A stretch of 55,643 nucleotides of DNA, counting the filler, from Jimgerdemannia flammicorona (taxonomy: Eukaryota): the NCBI GenBank assembly GCA_003990765.1. It is 3 parts of 3 records of this genome, joined end to end, with 100 filler letters (N's around TTAATTAATTAA, not from the genome) between each part and the next. Parts side by side here need not be neighbours in the genome. Positions count along the whole stretch, not along the records: positions 1 to 18,483 come from RBNJ01002203.1; 2 more parts are not named here. One strand, 5' to 3'. The notes under the pieces are model-generated. The model was not told the origin of the DNA, did not search any database, and was given only the letters and a program-made list of their open reading frames with translations. Shown one piece after another: positions 1 to 13,565 of this stretch; the stretch's first letter is position 1; each line of letters opens with the position of its first letter. A program made the translations under genes and the position numbers.

Positions 1-1802
1 AAAAGAGAACTTCAGCTTGGTTCCATAGAGGGAAAAGAATGTCTTCCAGAAGTTGCTTGTGAACTTGGCATCTCAGTCAGATACAATGGTGCTAGGCATG
101 CCATGTAGTCTGAATACTTGATTGAGGAAAATCTCAGCAATGTCTGGTACTGTAGCAGTGGTCTTGGTGGGTGCAAAGTGGGCTTGTTTGTTTGGATAGT
201 CTACGAAACCACAATGGCATCCCATCCTGCCTTGGTTTTGGGGAGTTGGACAATGAAGTCCATTGCAATCTGATCCCAGTTGTGACTCGGGATAGGCAAG
301 GGTTGCAGGAGTCCTGCTGGTAGCATGTTACCACTTTTGAACCTTTGGTACATCTCGCATGAGGCCACAAAGTCTTTGATATCCTTGGTCATCTTTGGCC
401 AGTAGAACTCTCTTGAGAGGAGGTTGTAGGTCTTTTTGAAACCAAAGTGTCCTGCTGCAGGAGTATCATGGAGTTCCTGCATGATCTTGAGTCTCAGAGT
501 ATCATTATTGGGTACAACCACTCTGTCATGGTCCCTGTAGATAAGTCCATCATGGTAGGTGAATCTCTTGGCCATTTGCCTCATGGGTTCTGGGACCTCG
601 GCCTCTGGATCTTAGCAGAATTGAAGGAATTTCATCAGGGGGCTGTCTTGCTGGTAGCCATCCTTGATCATTTGAGTAAGGTCTCCAATTACTTCGATAA
701 TGAAGACAAGTTCATCTTCCATATAGCTGGAGAAACCATCAGCCATATGGTTGGTTTTGCCTGAGATATACTTGATTTCCATATCAAAGTTGGCAATGAT
801 TTCCATCCAGCAGGCTTATCTGTGGGTCAGTATGGGCTGTGTGTGAATATACTGCAATGCATGGTGATCAGTATAGGCCACAAATGGCTGTCCTAGGAGG
901 AAATGGCGCCATTCCTGGAGTACAGTAACAATGGCCAGAAGTTCCTTCTCATGGGTGGTATACCGGGTCTCAGCTGGCTTGAGCTTTTGGGAAAGGTAGG
1001 CCACTGGGTGGTCTTCTTGGCTGAGCACTGCTCCAATAGCAATATCAGAGGCATCTGTGGTCAGGGTGAATGGCCTGGTAGGGTCAGGTGCAATTAGCAC
1101 TGGGGCTTTGGTAAGGAGTCTCTTGAGATGGTCCATAGCCAGGGTGCATTCAGGGGTCCATTCAGCTTTGATGTTCACTCCTTTGCAGGCCAGGCTGGTC
1201 AATGGGGCTGTAATAGCAGAGTATCCTTAGATAATCCTTCGGTAATAACTGGCAATACCCAGAAAGCACTGGAGTAGCTTGAGGGTAGTAGGGATAGGGA
1301 TATCCTTAAGGGCTGATACCTTTTGGGGGTCCACATTGATATCTTCAGTAGAGATGATGTGTCCTAGATACTTGATCTGGTCTTGATAGAACTTACACTT
1401 GCTCATCTTGGCATAGAGCTGGTGTTCTCGCAGGAGGGTCAGCACTTGTCTGAGGTGAGTGTAGTATAGCTCTACTGTCTCACTATAGATTAGTATATCA
1501 TCAATATACACAAGGATACAGATGTTGAGAAGTGGTCCAAAGATGTCATTTATCAGATACTGGAAAGTTGCTGATATATTGGTCAATCCAAAAGGCATGA
1601 CTCAGAACTGGTAGTGTCCAAACCATGTTCGGAAAGCTGTCTTCTCATTGTCCTTCTCATCAATGAGAATCTGGTGGTAGCCATTTTGCAAGTCTAGTAG
1701 GAAAAAGGTCTTGGCCTTGAAGATTTGATGTAGCAACTTATCAATCCTAGGCAAGGCATACTGGTTCTTGATGGTGATCTTATTGAGGGCTCTGTAGTCA
1801 AT
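1..1802 (-). pseudogene. pol: A1 pol: RT (MPFGLTN, YIDD), RNase H (TTDASD), integrase N-terminus (ELHDTPAAGHFG, IAMDFIVQLP); several stops
   Basis: ORF fragments 1602-1817, 1227-1598, 816-1202, 612-806, 201-584 carry the canonical Gypsy motifs in RT-RH-IN order. Confidence 0.95.
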
Positions 1803-2617
1803 TGTAATAACTCTCACTTCTACCCCTCTCTTATCCTTTGGATAATTAGGGAAGTGGACTATTACTTAGGGACTTAGTACACAATATGTACCAAGAAGCC
1901 TTCAGTTTGAGGAAGCATTCGCTTATAAGTAGTTGTAGTGGCAGTGCCTTCTGTTTCAAAGGTCTTTCTCTGGCTTGCCTTCTGTTTCAAAGGTCTTTCT
2001 CTTGTATCCTATTTCAAGGGTCTTGTTCTTTGCTGTGCACAGACTGAATTCACTTTAGAATTCAGATTCAATGGGTTTACTTAAGTCTTTGGGAATTTAT
2101 ATACTGGTCTCAGTTCTGGCAGAAGTTAGCTAGGCTTCTGGAGTTTAGTCAGAAATACTAGAGTCACTTAGATGTCATTACTAAGACTCAGGGGAATGTG
2201 TGTGTGTGGGGGGAACTTGATTCTTGTATCAAGGACTGAACTAAAACTACTTTATTTCGGATGGAAACTGGGGGGTATTTATACAAGTTGGTTCATGATT
2301 TCTGACTAAGTATGAGTGACTAATTTGGTAACTATCATGAGGTTTGTGATTGCAACCTTTGGCAGGTGGTTTTTGGTAAAGAATATCTTTGTGATCAGGA
2401 CCTCAATTACTAGGCAATGATCAGCAGCTGTGGCAACTGTTGCTGTGGTGCCAGTTGTCAGGGATAAGCTAAATATCATTTTCTGCATCATTCGTTTGTA
2501 TCATTCATTCATTCATCATATGCCATGCTCGATCGTATGATGATGTCATCACCAGGTCATGTGATCATTTGTGATCGCTTGTCGTGTCCCATCTGTTTGC
2601 TCATTCATTCTATTACA
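1803..2617 (-). repeat. 3' LTR of A2
   Basis: Near-identical to 10176-10989; TG..CA ends with 7-bp inverted termini; contains a 31-bp tandem duplication (1946-2002) absent from the A1 LTR. Confidence 0.96.
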
Positions 2618-3458
2618 TTCTTCCCCCCTTAGAAATCAATGTCCTCATTGATTGAGAAATTGAGAACCAGGGGAGAGAAGATGGGAAATTCTGCTCAGGA
2701 TTGTTGGCATCTTCTTCAGTAGCAGGGGGGGTAGTGGTTGCTGATGGCTTGCTGTCCAGGATGGAGAAGTCAATGAGGTCTGCAAATGGTTCTTGTATTG
2801 GAATAGGTGCTGGTATAGGGGTTCTCCATCTGATGCAGTTGGGGCCATCTAAGTAGGGTTCATGATCTTCATGCCTGGGAATATCTATTTGGATAGGTGG
2901 TCCTTCAAAGAGGTCAGAGAGGCCTTGGAGCCATTGGTCAGGGTTGTCATTCAGGAGGAGGCTCTAGTGAGGCTTGATGTCAGTAGACTTGGGGGTGATC
3001 CAGGAGTTGGCTTCTTGGGCTACCTTGATCTCTAGTTCATCAACCTTGAAGAAGAAGAGGTTCTGGAAGTCCTTCAGTTAGACATAGTTGAGGTTGGGGA
3101 TTGCAAAGGGTGCATGGCACATGATTTGATGGACCTTCTTGGCAAGTCTTTGTTTGTGCCTATCCAGATGGGTCCAGTCAGATACCTGGTCAGTGGGTAG
3201 GCCATTTGTACGTTGGAGAAGCTGATGACTAATTTCATATTCATGCCAGATTTCTAGGTGGCTGGTAGCAAGGTAGGCCCTTTCGATAAGTTCGCAGTAG
3301 TCAAGGACATACTGTCCTAAGTCTGGGCTGGAGAGGTTAAGGGCCTCTGAGTGGTGGTTCCTTCCTTGGATAGCAATCTGGATGTGGCCAAAGAGGCAGT
3401 CAACCTGGCTTGAGAGGGGCTGGCTATGGCGGGCAGTTTGGCAGTGGGTAGCAGGCAT
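2613..3458 (-). pseudogene. Accessory ORF3 of family A (~281 codons, two internal stops), unknown function
   Basis: One frame from ATG 3458 through the PPT to TAA 2613-2615, with only TAA (3078-80) and TAG (~2965); N-terminal half aligns by eye with the U3 ORF of family B. Confidence 0.7.
2618..2630 (-). other. Polypurine tract of A2
   Basis: AAGGGGGGAAGAA on the minus strand directly before the 3' LTR. Confidence 0.9.
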
Positions 3459-3523
3459 TCTTGTCTTGTCCTTTTCTTTGTAAGGGGAGGGGGATGAGGG
3501 TTGCGGGGTATTCTTGCCTTGGG

Positions 3524-3531
3524 TATTTATA
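3524..3531 (-). promoter_or_regulatory. Putative internal TATA box for ORF3
   Basis: TATAAATACCC ~66 nt upstream of the ORF3 ATG; the same TATAAATACCC motif is in the family A (~2271-2283, minus) and family B (48118) LTRs. Confidence 0.55.
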
Positions 3532-4153
3532 CCTATTCATCCATCTGATGTGATCTTCCTTTGGTCATGCTTTCTGGCAATATACATGACCTGTTGCTGT
3601 AAGTGGGGCATGTGCTGGTCAAATGAGAATATCCTGATTTCAAAGATATCATTACTTGTAATTGTGGTTACACAGGGTTAACAGGTCTTGGTCCATTTTT
3701 TTTTTGTCTGGTTGACACATTTGCAAGGACTGGCCATCCTTGTCTAGGGTGAGGGCTCCCATTGTCATGGCTGGGGGTTTGAACCTCTCAGAAATAGACT
3801 TTCTTGTAATCCAAGGCAATTCCTAGTAACAATATCTGTCACGTGGATAGGCTTAGACTGGTTTCAATATTATCAGCTTTTCTAAGTTCCATATGAAGCA
3901 TCTGTCATCATCAAGCAGAGATGACACAGATGGCATGAAATGGAGTTGTTCAAATATGTTTTGCTGTACTGAACTAGATTGTTCTTTTGCTCAGGTATCT
4001 TCTTGTTGGTTATCCATAGTGCTTCTTTTTCTGCAATGTTCGGTATTATATGTTTCCAGATAAAATATGTAGTATTCTTCTGCTCACTATGGGCTCCAAT
4101 ACTTAGAGCTGTAGTTCTTTCCTTTGCTGGGGGGTGAGTGTTTCCATATAGTC

Positions 4154-7100
4154 CTAGAGGGCTTCACATGTATTCTTCAGGATCTCTTCTTTTTCCCAGA
4201 TGGCATTATGGGTGGGGTAACTCTTCCACTTAATCAGAAAGAACTGCTTGACTGATTTGGGATATTTGCAGACCTTGTGGTCAAGTACTTCCTCAATTTC
4301 GAATTCCTCATGATCATTGATCCTAATTGGAGGTGGTGGTGGAACTGTACACTTGAGGAATGGGTTCTTATGGTAGTCCACCAATTGGCTGATATGGAAT
4401 ACTGAGTGTACTTGGATATTGTGAGGGAGTTGCAACTTGTAGTTGACTTTGCTGATATTTTCCACAATCTTGTATGGTCCATTTCTTCTGGCATAGAGTT
4501 TCTTGGCTGGTTGTTGTACTAGGGTATCTGGGTGGAGATGGTCTATTCTAAGCATAACCATGTCACCAATATTGTAGGAGGCTTCTCTTCACTTCAAGTT
4601 CACATACTTGGTCTGGTAGTCTTGTGCTTCTATGAGAGCATCTCTTGTTATTTGGATAAGATCAGAAATGGTCTTGGCCAGATCTTGGGCTGCTGGGACT
4701 GCTGATTTCACAGTGGTACTTGGGGTCCTTGGGTATTGACCATGGTTCAGAAAGAATGGGGTCTTCTTTGTAGAGGTTTGCTGACTATTGTTGTAGGCAA
4801 ACTCAGTATGGGCTAGGTACTTGTCCTAATCATTTTGCTTGTAACAGCAGAAGATGCTAAGCATCTGTTTGAGAGTCCTGTTGATTCGCTCAGTTTGACC
4901 ATCAGTCTGAGGGTGGTAGGCAGTAGAGAACTTCAGCTTGGTTCCATAGAGGGAGAAAAATGCCTTCCAGAAGTTGCTTGTAAACTTGGTATCTCGGTCA
5001 GATACAATAGTGCTAGGCATGCCATACAGCCTGAATACTTGATTGAGGAAAATCTCAGCAATCTCTGGTGCTGTAGCAGTGGTCTTGGTGGGTACAAAAT
5101 GGGCTTGTTTACTTAGGTAGTCCATGAATACTACAATGGCATCCCATCCTGCCTTGGTCTTGGAGAGTTGGACAATGAAGTCCATTGCAATCTGGTCCCA
5201 GTTGTGACTCAGAATAGGCAAGGGTTGCAGGAGTCCTGCTGGTAGCTTGTTACTACTTTTGAATCTTTGGCATATCTTATATGAGGCTACAAAGTCTTTG
5301 ATGTCCTTGGTCATCTTTGGCCAGTAGAACTCACTTGAGAGGAGGTTGTAGGTCTTTTTGAAACCAAAGTGTCCTACTGCAGGAGTATCATGGAGTTCCT
5401 GCATGATCTTGAGTCACAGAGTATCATTGTTGGGTACAACCACTCTGTCATGGTCCCTGTAGATAAGTCCATCATGGTAAGTGAATCTCTTGGCCATTTG
5501 CCTCATGGGTTCTGGGACCTCGGCCTCTGGGTCTTGGTAGAATTGAAGGAAATTCATCAGGGGGCTGTCTTGCTGGTAGCCATCCTTGATCATTTGGGTA
5601 AGGTCTCCAATTACTTCAACCATAAAGACAAGTTCATCTTCCATATATCTAGAGAAACCATAAGCCACACAGTTGGTTTTGCCTGGGATATACTTGATTT
5701 CCATATCAAAATTGGCAATGATTTCCATCCAGCGGGCTTGTCTGTAGGTCAGCATAGGCTGTATATGAATATACCACAATGCATGGTGATCAGTATAGGC
5801 TACAAATGGCTGTCCTAGGAGGAAATGGCACTATTCCTGGAGTGCAGTGATAATAGCCAGGAGTTCTGTGGTATACCAGGTCTCAGCTGGCTTGAGCTTC
5901 TGGAAAAGGTAGGCCATGGGGTGGTCTTCTTGGCTGAGTACTGCTCCAATAGCAATGTCAGAGGCATCTGTAGTCAAAGTGAATGGTCTGGTAGGATCAG
6001 ATGCAATTAGTACTGGGGCCTCAGTAAGGAGTCTCTTGAGATGGTCTATAGCCAGGGTGTATTTGGGGGTCCATTCAGTTTTGATATTCACTTCTTTGTA
6101 GGCCAGGCTGGTTAATGGAGCTGCAATAGCAGAGTATCCTTAGATAAATCTTTGGTAGTAACCGGCAATACCCAGGAAGCACTGGAGTAGCTTGAGGGTA
6201 GTAGAGATGGGGATATCCTTAAGGACTGATACTTTTCGGGGGTCCACATTGATATCTTCAGCAGAGATGATGTGTCCTAAGTACTCGATCTGGTCCTGAT
6301 AGAACTTACACTTGCTCATCTTGGCATAGAGCTAGTGTTCTTGTAGGAGGGTCAGTACTTGTCTGAGATGGGTGTAGTGTAGCTCTACTGTCTCACTGTA
6401 GATTAGTATATTGTCAATATACACAAGGACACAGATGTTGAGAAGTGGTCCAAAGATGTCATTCATCAGATACTGGAATGTTGCTGGTGCATTGGTCAAT
6501 CCAAAAGGCATGACTCAGAACTGGTAGTGTCCAAACCATATTCAGAAAGCTGTCTTCTCAATGTCCTTCTCATCAATGAGAATCTGGTGGTAGTCATTTC
6601 ACAAATCCAGTAGAGAAAAGGTCTTGGCCTTGAAGATTTGGTGTAGTAACTCATCAATTCTAGGTAAGGCATACCGGTTCTTGATGGTGATCTTGTTGAG
6701 GGCTCTATAGTCAATATACATTTTCAGAGAGCCATCCTTCTTTTTGACAAATAGAATGGGGGCCCAAAATGGAGAGCGGCTGGGTTCAATGTATCCTTGG
6801 GCCAGTAGTTTGGTCAATTTGTCCTTGAGGGTCTTGAGCTCAGGTTGGGCCAGTTGGTAGATACTCTTGTATGGGGGTTCAGATCCTGGAAAAAGATCAA
6901 TTCCATGTTGGATTTGGCACTTGGGTGGAAGTCCTTGGGGTTCTTGGAATATATCTTAGAATTCTTCAAACAGTTCTTGAGCTTCTATTGAGATTGGGCT
7001 ACTTATAGCTTCAGTGACTTCTTGTACTGTACAGATGAAGTAGGTGTTTCCCTTTTTTCAAGAGAGTCTTTTCATTTGAATGGCAGAGATGATCTTGATT

Positions 7101-9285
7101 CCTTGGTGGCTGGTACCTTCCTGGGGTATCAGGGTGATCTTTCTGCCTCCATGGGTCAGGTTAACCTTGTTGGTTCTCCAGTTGATGTCTGGGTTGTGCT
7201 GGGTCAACCAGGCTTTTCCTAAGATAATATCTTGTCCTGGGAGGTCTACAATGCTGAAGTCCAACTTCTCTTGATATTTGCCAATCTTGAGCAAGAGATC
7301 TTCACAGATTTTGGTCAATGGTGCAGTTTTTCCATCACTAAAGGTGACACTTCTTTTCTTGGTGGTTGGTCTGCTTCGGGCTCCAATTCTCTTAGCAGTC
7401 TTGGTGCTGATATAGTTTCCAGTAACACTACTATCAAGCAAGACATTGACATTCTGTCTGTGGACTTGGCCTGTGAATTTAATGCAACTATCCTCCTTCT
7501 TGATAGTATTGAGCTCTTCATCCTCATTGTTGTCCCAATTGCTGTCAGTCTCCTTGAAGTCAGATTCTCCCCATCCTTCACAAGGAGAGTTGTCTTGTTT
7601 AGGTTCCTCAATCTGTTGAGCTTGGCATTTCTCGGATTGAATTTTGAAAACTTTGGAGAGGTATGCATGGCATTCACCAACATGTTCCATGCAGTACATT
7701 CAAATAAAATGAGGGCATCATCCACATGGTACATAACTATCTGCAATTCTCTTGTACCAGTTTTCATCATCTTCCTTCATGGTAGTGACCTTTGACTGAG
7801 GGGTTTGTTGGTAGATCCAAACCCTTTCTTGCCATGGTCTGTCTGGGAGAGTTCGGGGACTTCTTCAATGGTGAGATCTTGATGGATTTCTTCAATGATT
7901 GCTTGGGCAATCCTTTGGCCTGTTTTGACTTCAAATGATGTGTCTCCAAAATATCGCAAGATGACATGGATTTCACCAGTAAATTCTTGGTCAACTACTC
8001 CTCCTCCTAGCCCAATTTTGAACTCTTTGGCTAGGCTGCTTCACTCAGCAAGGCGGATGTATGTATCTCTGGGAGCTTGCATTGCAATTCCTGTTCACAC
8101 TGTAGCATTGGTACTTGGTGGGATGGTGAGGTCTTAACTGCTGTAAAGATCATATCCAGCATCAGTTGGGTGGGCCTTAGTGAGGATGGTGGTCTTGTAC
8201 CATATCTTCTATACTTTGATGACATTCTCAGAGTTCTTCTTTCCTAGATCTTCTCCAATGACAGTAATGTTCTGGTTACTGGGTTCGTCTGATCTGTTTC
8301 TCTTCTCGGGGCATCTGACTGAGATATGTCCTGCCTTCTTACAGATGAAGCACAATCCCTTTTTGTGGAGCTGCTTCTTTTCATCCTCAGTAGGAGGTCT
8401 GGGTCCTCTGGGATTTTGCTAGTTCCATTGATCATATCTTGGATCATATCTTGGATCATTCCTTTGATCATTTCTCCTGGTAGGATTCCTTCTATCTTGG
8501 TTATCCTTCTTGTGTTCTTGATTTCATGGAGCTTGTGCAGCAAGGATTTCGCAGGCTCTTCTTTGTACTTGGGCAAAGCACCATGAGTAGTGGGGACATC
8601 CTTGGGGAAGACCTTGTTCCTTGATCTTCTGGGTGAGCCAGTCTGGTAGGGCTGCAAAGAGATGATTGGCTCTGGTACCATTGATGGCCAAATTGTTCTC
8701 CTGGTAGGTAAGTCCAATGGTTTTGAGATAGGTATCTATTCTGGTGGCAAAGGTCTCTAGATCTTCTTCACCATTCTTGTGGAACTTCATCTGGGACAGT
8801 TTATTCCAAGTTTCTTGTATGTAGGCCGCATTTCAGAATTTGGTCTGTAGCAAGACCTTGAGTCCTGGGCCTGTTTTGTAGTTATCCCAACCTGGTCTAT
8901 TATTGGTAGGTACTTGTCCAATGACTTGGTGGTGGGCTTCCCAGGTTACTGGGTGTTGTTTCAAGATTCACCAGAATTTGGCTGCTGTTCCAGTGAAGAA
9001 TGTGGCTACTGTTTCCACTTGTACTGCTGATGTGACAAACAGTTGTTAGAGGGTGTTGATCTGGTTGTTGGTGAGCATTCCTATAGGCACTCAGTTGTCA
9101 TTCTATTGATTTGCTCAGTAGCCTGTGTCAACTGTATTGATGAAGTTTTCGATGTAACTGTTTTTTCCACTGAATGTTGGGATTCGCAGAGTCTTGGTTG
9201 ATTTGTTCTGTTCAGCAATCTGTCCTACAATCTCTGCTAGTACTGCTAGCTGGGTGGTCAGTGCTGTAATATTGGTATCTACCAT
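4154..9285 (-). pseudogene. gag-pol: A2 gag-dUTPase-pol: capsid, CCHC knuckle, dUTPase, protease, RT, RNase H, integrase, chromodomain; many stops and indels
   Basis: Motifs LLDSS (PR), IDYRALN (RT), TTDASD (RH), IVSDRD/TAYHPQTDGQTE (IN), EFEIEEVLDH...FLIKWKSYPTHNAIWE (chromodomain). Confidence 0.95.
7810..8230 (-). pseudogene. dut: dUTPase domain in A2
   Basis: AGYDL, GGVVDQEFTGEI, RIAQ and GKKGFGST motifs; boundaries approximate. Confidence 0.9.
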
Positions 9286-10163
9286 TGTGTTGACTATTGA
9301 TGGTGGGCCTGTTGGGGTAGATTCTCCTGAAGATTGTTCTGCTTGGTGGGGTTGTAGTGCTATATGACTTGGAGTTACTTGATTTCTAGATATTAAGTCA
9401 AAGAGTCCTGTAAGAGAGGGTAAACCAAACCTCTGTATAGGTGGCTGGGTTGGTTCAGGGGTCTGATCTTCTTGACCTGTGGTTCCTTGGTAAATTCCTA
9501 GGCCTGCTGTTCCTCATTGGCTATTGTCAGACTGGTAACCTGTAGAGTCTTCGTCTGACTCCCTTCCCTGATGAGATAGTGCATCCTCATACTGACTAGG
9601 TCTTTCAAAGAGGATATCAGTCTCTGGCTGAGTAGATGGGCCTGCTCCTTGTTCAGCAGTAGGGGATGGTTGGCCTGCTTGCTCGTTCTCATACCTAGTT
9701 ATGGCAGAGGTATAGTATACAACTAGCCTGTAGTAGAGGGAGGTCTTGGTAGGGGTATGATGATATCTGTCAGAGGCAATCCACTTGGCAGCTACTTCTT
9801 TTGCAGCAGGGGGTGTGATATAATCTAGAACATCCTGGGTGGCTGCAGCAGTAGATTCTGAGGTCCTAGTGGTTCCAATGTATCCTCAGAGGAGTTCGTC
9901 AAACCTATGGTGGCTAACTATATTTCTAAGTCCTGGGTGGTATATCCTAAAGGCCTGGTATAGATTCTTGTAAGCCTGGTCAATTACAAGCTAGCAGGTC
10001 TCTGTGTCTGTGGTTTCTTGGTACCACCTGGTCCTAATGGCAAGGGCTTCTCTGGCTCTGGTTTGAGAATCCACAGTTAATTCTGGGGTATACTCCTGTC
10101 CAAGGTTGGTCTTGTTTCAACTTCAGGAGTGTATTCTTTGGTACCTTCTTGGCTGGTAATCCA

Positions 10164-10172
10164 CTGCTACCA
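10164..10172 (-). other. Primer-binding site (initiator tRNA-Met type) of A2
   Basis: TGGTAGCAG 3 nt (ACT) after the 5' LTR; complementary to a ...CUGCUACCA tRNA 3' end. Confidence 0.8.
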
Positions 10173-10175
10173 AGT

Positions 10176-10989
10176 TGTAATAACTCTCACTTCTACCCCT
10201 CTCTTATCCTTTGGATAATTAGAGAAGTGGACTATTACTTAGGGACTTAGTACACAATGTGTACCAAGAAGCCTTCAGTTTGAGGAAGTGCTCGCTTATA
10301 AGTAGTTGTAGCGGCAGTGCCTTCTGTTTCAAAGGTCTTTCTCTGGCTTGCCTTCTGTTTCAAAGGTCTTTCTCTTGTGCCCTATTTTGAGGGTCTTGTT
10401 CTTTGCTGTGCACAGACTGAATTTACCTTAGAATTCAGGTTCAATGGGTTTACTTAAGTCTTTGGGGATTTATATACTGGTCTCAGTTCTGGCAGAAGTT
10501 AGCTAGGCTTCTGGAGTTTAGTCAGAAACACTAGAGTCACTTAGATGTCATTACTAAGACTCAGGGGAATGTGTGTGTGTTGGGGGACTTGATTCTTGTA
10601 TCAAGGACCGAACTAAAACTGCTTTATTTCAGATGGAAACTGGGGGGTATTTATACAAGTTGGTCCGCGATTTCTGACTAAGTATGAGTGACTAATTTGG
10701 TAACTATCATGAGGTTTGTGATTGCGATCTTTGTCAGGTGGTTTTTGGTAAAGAATATCTTTGTGATCAGGACCTCAATTACTAGGCAATGATCAGCAGC
10801 TGTGGTAACTGTTGCTGTGGTGCCAGTTGTCAGGGATAAGCTAAATATCGTTTTCCACGTCGTTCGTTTGCATCGTTCATTCGTTCGTCATATGCCATAC
10901 TTGATCGTATGATGACATCATTGCTGGGTCACGTGATCATTCATGATCACTCGTCGTGTCCCATCTGTTCACTCATTCATTCTATTACA
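10176..10989 (-). repeat. 5' LTR of A2
   Basis: Direct repeat of 1803-2617, followed on the minus strand by the PBS. Confidence 0.96.
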
Positions 10990-13565
10990 TCAATACACAT
11001 TCACAGAGAACCATCCTTTTTCTTGACAAATAGAATGGGGGCTCCAAATGGAGAGTGGCTGGGTTCAATGTATCCTTGGGCCAGTAGTTTGGTCAATTCA
11101 TCTTTGAGGGTCTTGAGTTCAGGTTGGGCCAGTTGATAGATACTCTTGTATGGGGGTTCAGATCCTGGAATAAGATCAATTCTATGTTGGATTTGGCACT
11201 TGGGTGGAAGTCTTTGGGGATCTTGGAATACATCTTGAAATTCTTTGAACAGTTCTTGAGCTTCTGTTGGAATTGGGCTGCTTGTAGCTTCAGTGACTTC
11301 TTGTACTATACAGATTAAATAAGTGTTTCCCTTTTTTTGAGAGAGTCTCTTCATTTGAATGGCAGAGATGATTTCGATTCCTTGGTGATTGGTACCTTCC
11401 TGGGGTATCAGAGTGATCTTTCTGCCTTCATGGGTCAGGTTAACCTCATTGGTTCTCCAGTTGATATCTGGGTTGTACTGGGTCAACCAGGCTTTTCCTA
11501 GGATAATGTCTTGTCCTGGGAGATCTACAATACTGAAGTCTAACTTCTCTTGATATTTGCCAATCTTGAGCAAAAGATCTTCACAGATCTTGGTCAATGG
11601 TGCAGTTTTTCCATCATCAAAGGTAACATTTCTTTTCTCAGTGGCAGGTCTGCTTCAGGCTCCAATCCTCTTAGCAGTCTTGGTGCTGATATAGTTTCCT
11701 GTAGCACTACTATCAAGCAAGACATTGACATTTTGTCTGTGGACTTGGCCTGTGAACTTGATGCAACTGTCCTCCTTCTTGATGGTATTGAGCTCTTCAT
11801 CTTCATTATTATCCCAATTGCTGTCAGTCTTCTTGAAGTCAATTTCTCTCCATCCTTCACAAGGAGGGTTGTCTTGTTTGAGTTCTTCAGTCTGTTGGGC
11901 TTGGCACTTCTCAGATTGAATTTTGAAAACTTTGGAGAGGCATGCATGGCATTCACCAACATGTTCCATGCAGTACATTCAGATGGAATGAGGGCATCAT
12001 CCACATAGTACATAACCATCTGCAATTCTCTTGTACCAGTTTTCATCATCTTCCTTCATGGTAGTGACTTTTTGACTGAGGGGTTTGTTGGTAGATCCAA
12101 ACCCTTTCTTGCCACAGTCTGTCTGGGAGAGTTCGGGAACTTCTTCAATGGTGAGATCTTGATGGATTTCTTCAATGATTGCTTGGGCAATCCTTTGGCC
12201 TGCTTTGACTTCAAATGATGTGTCTCCAAAATTTCACAAGATGACATGGATTTCACCAGTAAATCCTTGATCAACTACTCCTCCTCCTAGCCCAATGTTG
12301 AACTCTTTGGCTAGGCTGCTTCGCTCAGCAAGGTAGATGTATGTACCTCTGGGAGCTTGCATTGCAATTCCTGTTCGCACTGTAGCATTGGTACTTGGTG
12401 GAATGGTGAGATCTTGGCTACTGAAGAGGTCATATCCAGCATCAGTTGGGTGGGCCTTAGTGGGGATGGTAGCCTTGTACCATATCTTCTGTACTTTGAT
12501 GATATTCTCGGAATTCTTCTTTCCTGGACCTTCTCCAATAACAGTAATGTTCTGGTTACTGGGTTCATCTGATCTGTTTCTCTTCTCAGGGCATCTGACT
12601 GAGATGTGTTCTGCCTTCTTGCAGATGAAGTACAATCCCTTTTCACAGAGCTGTCTCTTTTCATCCTCAGTAGGAGGTCTGGGTCCTCTGGGGTTTTGCT
12701 GGTTCCTTTGATCATATCTTTGATCATATCTTTGGTCATTCCTTTGATCATTTTTCCTGGTAGGATTTCTCCTATCTTGGTTATCCTTCTTGTGTTCTTG
12801 ATTTCGTGGAGCTTATGCAGCAAAGATTTTGTGGGCTCTTCTTTGTACATGGGCAAAGCACCATGAGTAGTGGGGACATCCTTGGAGAAGACCTTATTCC
12901 TTGATCTTCTGGGTGAGCCAGTCTGGTAGGGCTGCAAACAGATGGTTGGCTCTGGTACCATTGATGGCCAAATTGTTCTCCTGGTAGGTAAGTCCAACAG
13001 TTTTGAGATAGGCATCCATTCTAGTGGCAAAGGTCTCTAGATCTTCTTTGCCATTCTTATGGAACTTCATTTGGGACAGTTTGTTTCATGTTTCTTGTAT
13101 ATAGGCCACATTTTGGAATTTGGTCAGTACCAAGGCCTTGAGTCCTGGGCCAGCTTCGTAGTCATCCCAACCTGGTCTATTGTTGGTAGGTGCTTGTCCA
13201 ATAACTTGGGGGTGGGCTTCCCAGGTTACTGGGTGTTATTCCAAGGTTCACCAGAATTTGGCTGCTGTTCTAGTAAAGAATGTGGCTACTGTTTCTACTT
13301 ATGCTACTGATGTGGCAAATAGTTGTTGAAGGGTACTGTTCTGGATGTTGGTGAGCATTTCTATAGGTACTCGGTTGTCATTTCATTGGTTTTCTCGGTA
13401 GCCTGTATCAACTGCATTGATGAAGTTTTCGATGTCACTGTTTTTTCCACTGAATGTTGGGATTCACAGGGTCTTGGTTGGTTTGTTCTGTTCAGCAATC
13501 TGTCCTACTATCCCTGCTAGTACTGTTAGCTGGGTAGTCAGTGCTGCAATGTTGACATCTACCAT
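10990..13565 (-). pseudogene. gag-pol: A1 gag-dUTPase-protease-RT start
   Basis: Degenerate CCHC knuckle (YFICKKAEHISVRC) in frame with AGYDL...ERSSLA...GGGVVDQGFTGEI; LLDSSATG protease; [14 protein letters not shown] start. Confidence 0.95.

Larger units (their letters stand above)
1803..10989 (-). mobile_element. Full-length Ty3/Gypsy chromovirus, family A, nested copy (A2), non-functional
   Basis: Two ~815-bp LTRs (TGTAATA...TATTACA), 5-bp TSD TCAAT at 1798-1802 and 10990-10994, PBS, PPT, gag-dUT-PR-RT-RH-IN-chromodomain. Confidence 0.97.

Noticed and set aside
3770..3945. tRNA T-loop-like GGTTCAAACCCC and a possible SECIS hairpin for the conserved TGA
   Set aside because: No cloverleaf; the SECIS core is not preserved in the homologous block at 38040-38320
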